DNA of 64,000 bases from Vicugna vicugna (taxonomy: Eukaryota): the NCBI GenBank assembly GCA_013265495.1, contig MU061049.1, positions 620,001-684,000 on the forward strand, in the 5' to 3' direction. A program made the translations under genes and the position numbers. The stretch's first letter is position 1; the number at the start of each line of letters is the position of its first letter. Under the pieces are notes generated by a model that saw nothing but the letters and a program-made list of their open reading frames with translations, did not search any database and was not told the DNA's origin. This document shows positions 60,836-64,000 of this stretch, piece by piece.

Positions 60836-63469
60836 TCCAAATCAATCTGAGAAGCTCTGTTCTGAATAGGGTAGTTTAATGGTTGCTTATTTTGAAATAG
60901 CAGGGTTTAATAATGTCCGTTTATTATCTGTAGGTTTATAAGTCATCCTACTTGTCAACTCCTCCTTATGATTTTTTTGATTCCTTATTTAATGTCTTTG
61001 GCTCATGTGAAATATCTTTTCACCTACACTCAAGTACGAGTGATGAGCTAGGTCCTAGATACTTTGTTCGTTATCTTCTTCAGTAACTTAGAAGATATTC
61101 ACCCTCTTTCCCTCTAATCCTTCTTTTAAACAGGACCTAAAATGGAAGCAGAATCTTTCCCCCCATCATTAAGAATCAGGGAAAAAAAGAAACGCGTCTG
61201 AAGACTGTGGTCACCGCAGGGGCTGCTCTGTGACTCCAAGTGACCTCAGCCCCTGTTTATCTGAGAGCCAGAAAGACCCTGGTTGGGCCTGAAGTCACCC
61301 CAGGAAGCTGGTCCCTCTGGAGAGGATGCAGTGTGTTCCCAGACCTGGGGGGTGCCCCTCAGTGAAAGGTCTGACATGGAACCCCCGACCCGGGGGCTAA
61401 GGGGACAGCCCTGCCCGTGGCCTGTGTGGCACGGCTGTGGTGCGAGGGCAGGGCCTAGACGAGGGGGCCTGGACGAGGGGGACTGGGAGAGAGGCCCTGA
61501 CTGCTGCTCTCTTCTTGGTGACTTTGCTGCACCCCAGGTGACACCACCACCCCACCCCCAGCCCCAGGGCTGGAGACAAGCCTCAAATCAGCTCGCCAAG
61601 GGCCCAGGGGTACGGCCTCCTGACTGTGGCAGGCTGGCCCTCAAGCTGGGTCAAAGTGGCATGGGGGCTGAAGGCGGCAGAGAGGAAGTTCCACAAACCC
61701 ACATTGCGGGGTCCTGTGGACAGTCACTTATTTTCAACACGTGACTCGCAGGAAGATGCTACTCTAGGGAGAAACATCAAGGTGCTGGGGGGCAGGGACG
61801 GGCCAGGTTCTGGGCACAGAGCCCGGTCCCTCCAGGGCCTCGGAGCCAGGCTGCGCCACAGAGCTTCCCCCGTCCCCGCCCCGCCTCCTTCCCACTTGCC
61901 CTTTGGTACCTGGAAGCTCATGTTACCCAAAACTCCAAGATAACGTGTAGCCATGGGCAGGGCCACCCCAGGGAGAAGAAGAGCGCGGAGAGGGATGGGA
62001 GCCTGTACAACTCGGCCAGGGAGCGGCGGCGGGAAGTGGGGACGGGATGCAGGGGCTGGGCTGCGTGGGGCCGCAGTGGGCCTGCAGGGGACCAGGTCGT
62101 CGGGGTTGAGAGTGGGGAGTGAACTGGGGCACAAAACTGCCCTGCACCTGGCGCCAGGCGTCCCGGCCATCCGATGGCCCTGACCAGCTCGAGAAGGGTC
62201 ACGGAGGGAGAGGCAGGGACCCTGCCAGGAAAGGAAAGAGCACAGAATGTGGGAGACAAGCAGAGTCCAGGGGGAGACAGACGGACAGATGGACAGATGG
62301 AGGAGGGAGCGAGGACGGAGCAGGAGGGAGGATGGAGGCTGAGGGGGGGTGAAAATGAACCAAAAGGTGAAAGAGGCAGAAGCGCCAAGGTGACGGCTCC
62401 CACGGCGCCCCGTGCCCTGTGCTTCCAGAAACGGCCGAGTGACAGGGCCCCTCAGGCCCGCGGCCACGGGGACCGCCCGGCCATCACAGGGCGGCGGGTG
62501 GACGGGAGGGCGCCAGCCTTCCACACAGCTACCCCTGGAGGCGCCGGCAGCCTTCACTCCCTGCACACGTGTAACTTCAAGGTGGAAGTGTGGTCTGTGC
62601 TCCCAGCTTCTGGGAGACCGCGTGACCTGCAGGGCGACCACGTTCACATGTGAGCACCCACCACGAGGGGAGAGAAGGGCCCCTTGGGAGCCCCGCTTGC
62701 GGTCGGTGGCAGACGGAGGGCAGGGCACATTCTAACCCCACGTTATCCTGCAGAGGGAGTCTGGAAACACGCCGCAAGCCAGCAGTCAAGTCTGCCACCC
62801 CGTCAGGCCCCCTTCCAGCCCTGTTCCCTGGGGCACCTCTCTGCGCCTGGGGGTCCTCCCTCGGTGCCACGGTGACCTTCTCAGGCTAGACCTCCCCCTC
62901 CCCAGAGGAAGGGAAGAGCTCCAGGAGGAGGGTCCACCCAGCTCAGTGACCCCCCAGACCACCAGGCCAGGGTAAGGGGCCTTGGGAGAGGACAGTCCTA
63001 GCCTGGGCAGAGCGGGGCCCTCGGGAACTCCTGGGGACTCTCCTCAAACCACAGCCACAGCAGAAAGTCCACACTTCATCCAGGGACCGAGCACTGGATG
63101 CCCGGAGAAGCCTCAGTGCCTGACTGGGGCTTGGACCAGGCCCGCCAGGGCTCGGGACGCCGGAGGCGCAGCGGGAACTCTGACCCTCAGTGACCAGGGC
63201 AGTGATTCACGTCAGGATGCCCTCCGAGCCAGGGGCTTGGGCACAACGCTCCCTTCATGAGAGGGCTCGTCGGATTTAGTTTGAAAGAGGTTTTAATTTC
63301 TCACCACAAAGTCTTTCAAAGCTAGAGAAACTAAAACCAGAGAGACAGCGGCACACTCAATGTTAAGCATTAACAGACGTTAGCGCTGCACTGTATTTGC
63401 TTCCACTTCCTTCTAAATGAACAAAACACATGAAAGACTAGAAACGGGTGCCCCCGCTGCCCAAGAGGC

Positions 63470-63835
63470 CCTGCCATCGCACTCCTACCACACTGCACGT
63501 GCCCCAGCCAGATTTCCCACCACGCTGTGTGCTCAGAAAACTGTCGTACACGGCATCACAGGGCACACATCCGCTTCCGTGGACACTCAGGACCAGGTTG
63601 TTGGGACTCGCCCGCGCTGATGCATGCAGGTCTAACTCTCCTTTCTGCACGAGTGTGTTCACGGATCGGGCCCCAGTGTTTATGCAGGGACCCGCTCACG
63701 CCTGTCTCCTTGGCACACCCGCCTGGTTTTTCTCGAGTGTACTCCCAGGAGCAGGGCCGCGGGGTCATGGGGTAAGGCAGTCCTCCACTTCCTGGGACGC
63801 TGCCCAGCTGCTCCCAGGGAAGCCGGGTCGGGGTG
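63470..63835 (-). mobile_element. Antisense L1M 3'UTR fragment, GC-shifted
   Basis: tttctcgagtgtactcccaggagcagggccgcggggtcatgggg resembles the antisense L1 3'UTR motif tatatacctaggagtggaattgctgggtcatatgg. Confidence 0.5.
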
Positions 63836-64000
63836 CTCTCCAGCTTGCTTGTCGAGCCTCAGAACCTTCAGCTGCCATTTGCCAGGGAAGTCAGGCCGCA
63901 GCCCCTCCCCAGTCACATCCGTGGGGTTGAGGGCGGCGGGGTCCGCCCTGTGTGGAGACTGGCTGTCACTCCCCCCCGGGTGCCCAGGTGTCCCGGTGCC

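Overview
Mammalian genomic DNA, GC-rich and probably subtelomeric. A camelid-type tRNA-derived SINE suggests camel or alpaca. The window lies inside one minus-strand gene, PCBP3 (poly(rC)-binding protein 3 / hnRNP E3). Nine exons were placed by hand with GT-AG boundaries and a continuous reading frame: the ATG exon at 43796-43911, then 21822-21976, 19620-19643, 18767-18799, 18404-18520, 18016-18147, 17113-17241, 10568-10609 and 1832-1907. They encode KH1, KH2 and part of the KH2-KH3 linker. The expected SPPKG linker exon is absent from the called bases and probably lies in the N-gap at 13740-13959. The KH3 exons lie beyond position 1. The rest is intron, containing old LINE-1 fossils, MaLR/ERV LTRs, SINEs and minisatellites. 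The most interesting signals are four. (1) Several well-formed hidden exons: a 95-nt cassette that would turn the long-isoform start into a uORF, a 9-nt microexon, a cryptic terminal exon with AATAAA, and a poison exon. (2) Minisatellites built from transcription-factor motifs: MTF1-type TGCRCNC arrays and an ERR/NR5A TGACCTTG array. (3) A possible hairpin over a splice site next to a gap. (4) Strong AT-to-GC conversion of transposon fossils. Nearly all ORFs in the supplied track are spurious products of GC-rich sequence. Comparisons to human PCBP3 and to repeat consensuses are from memory, not from a search.
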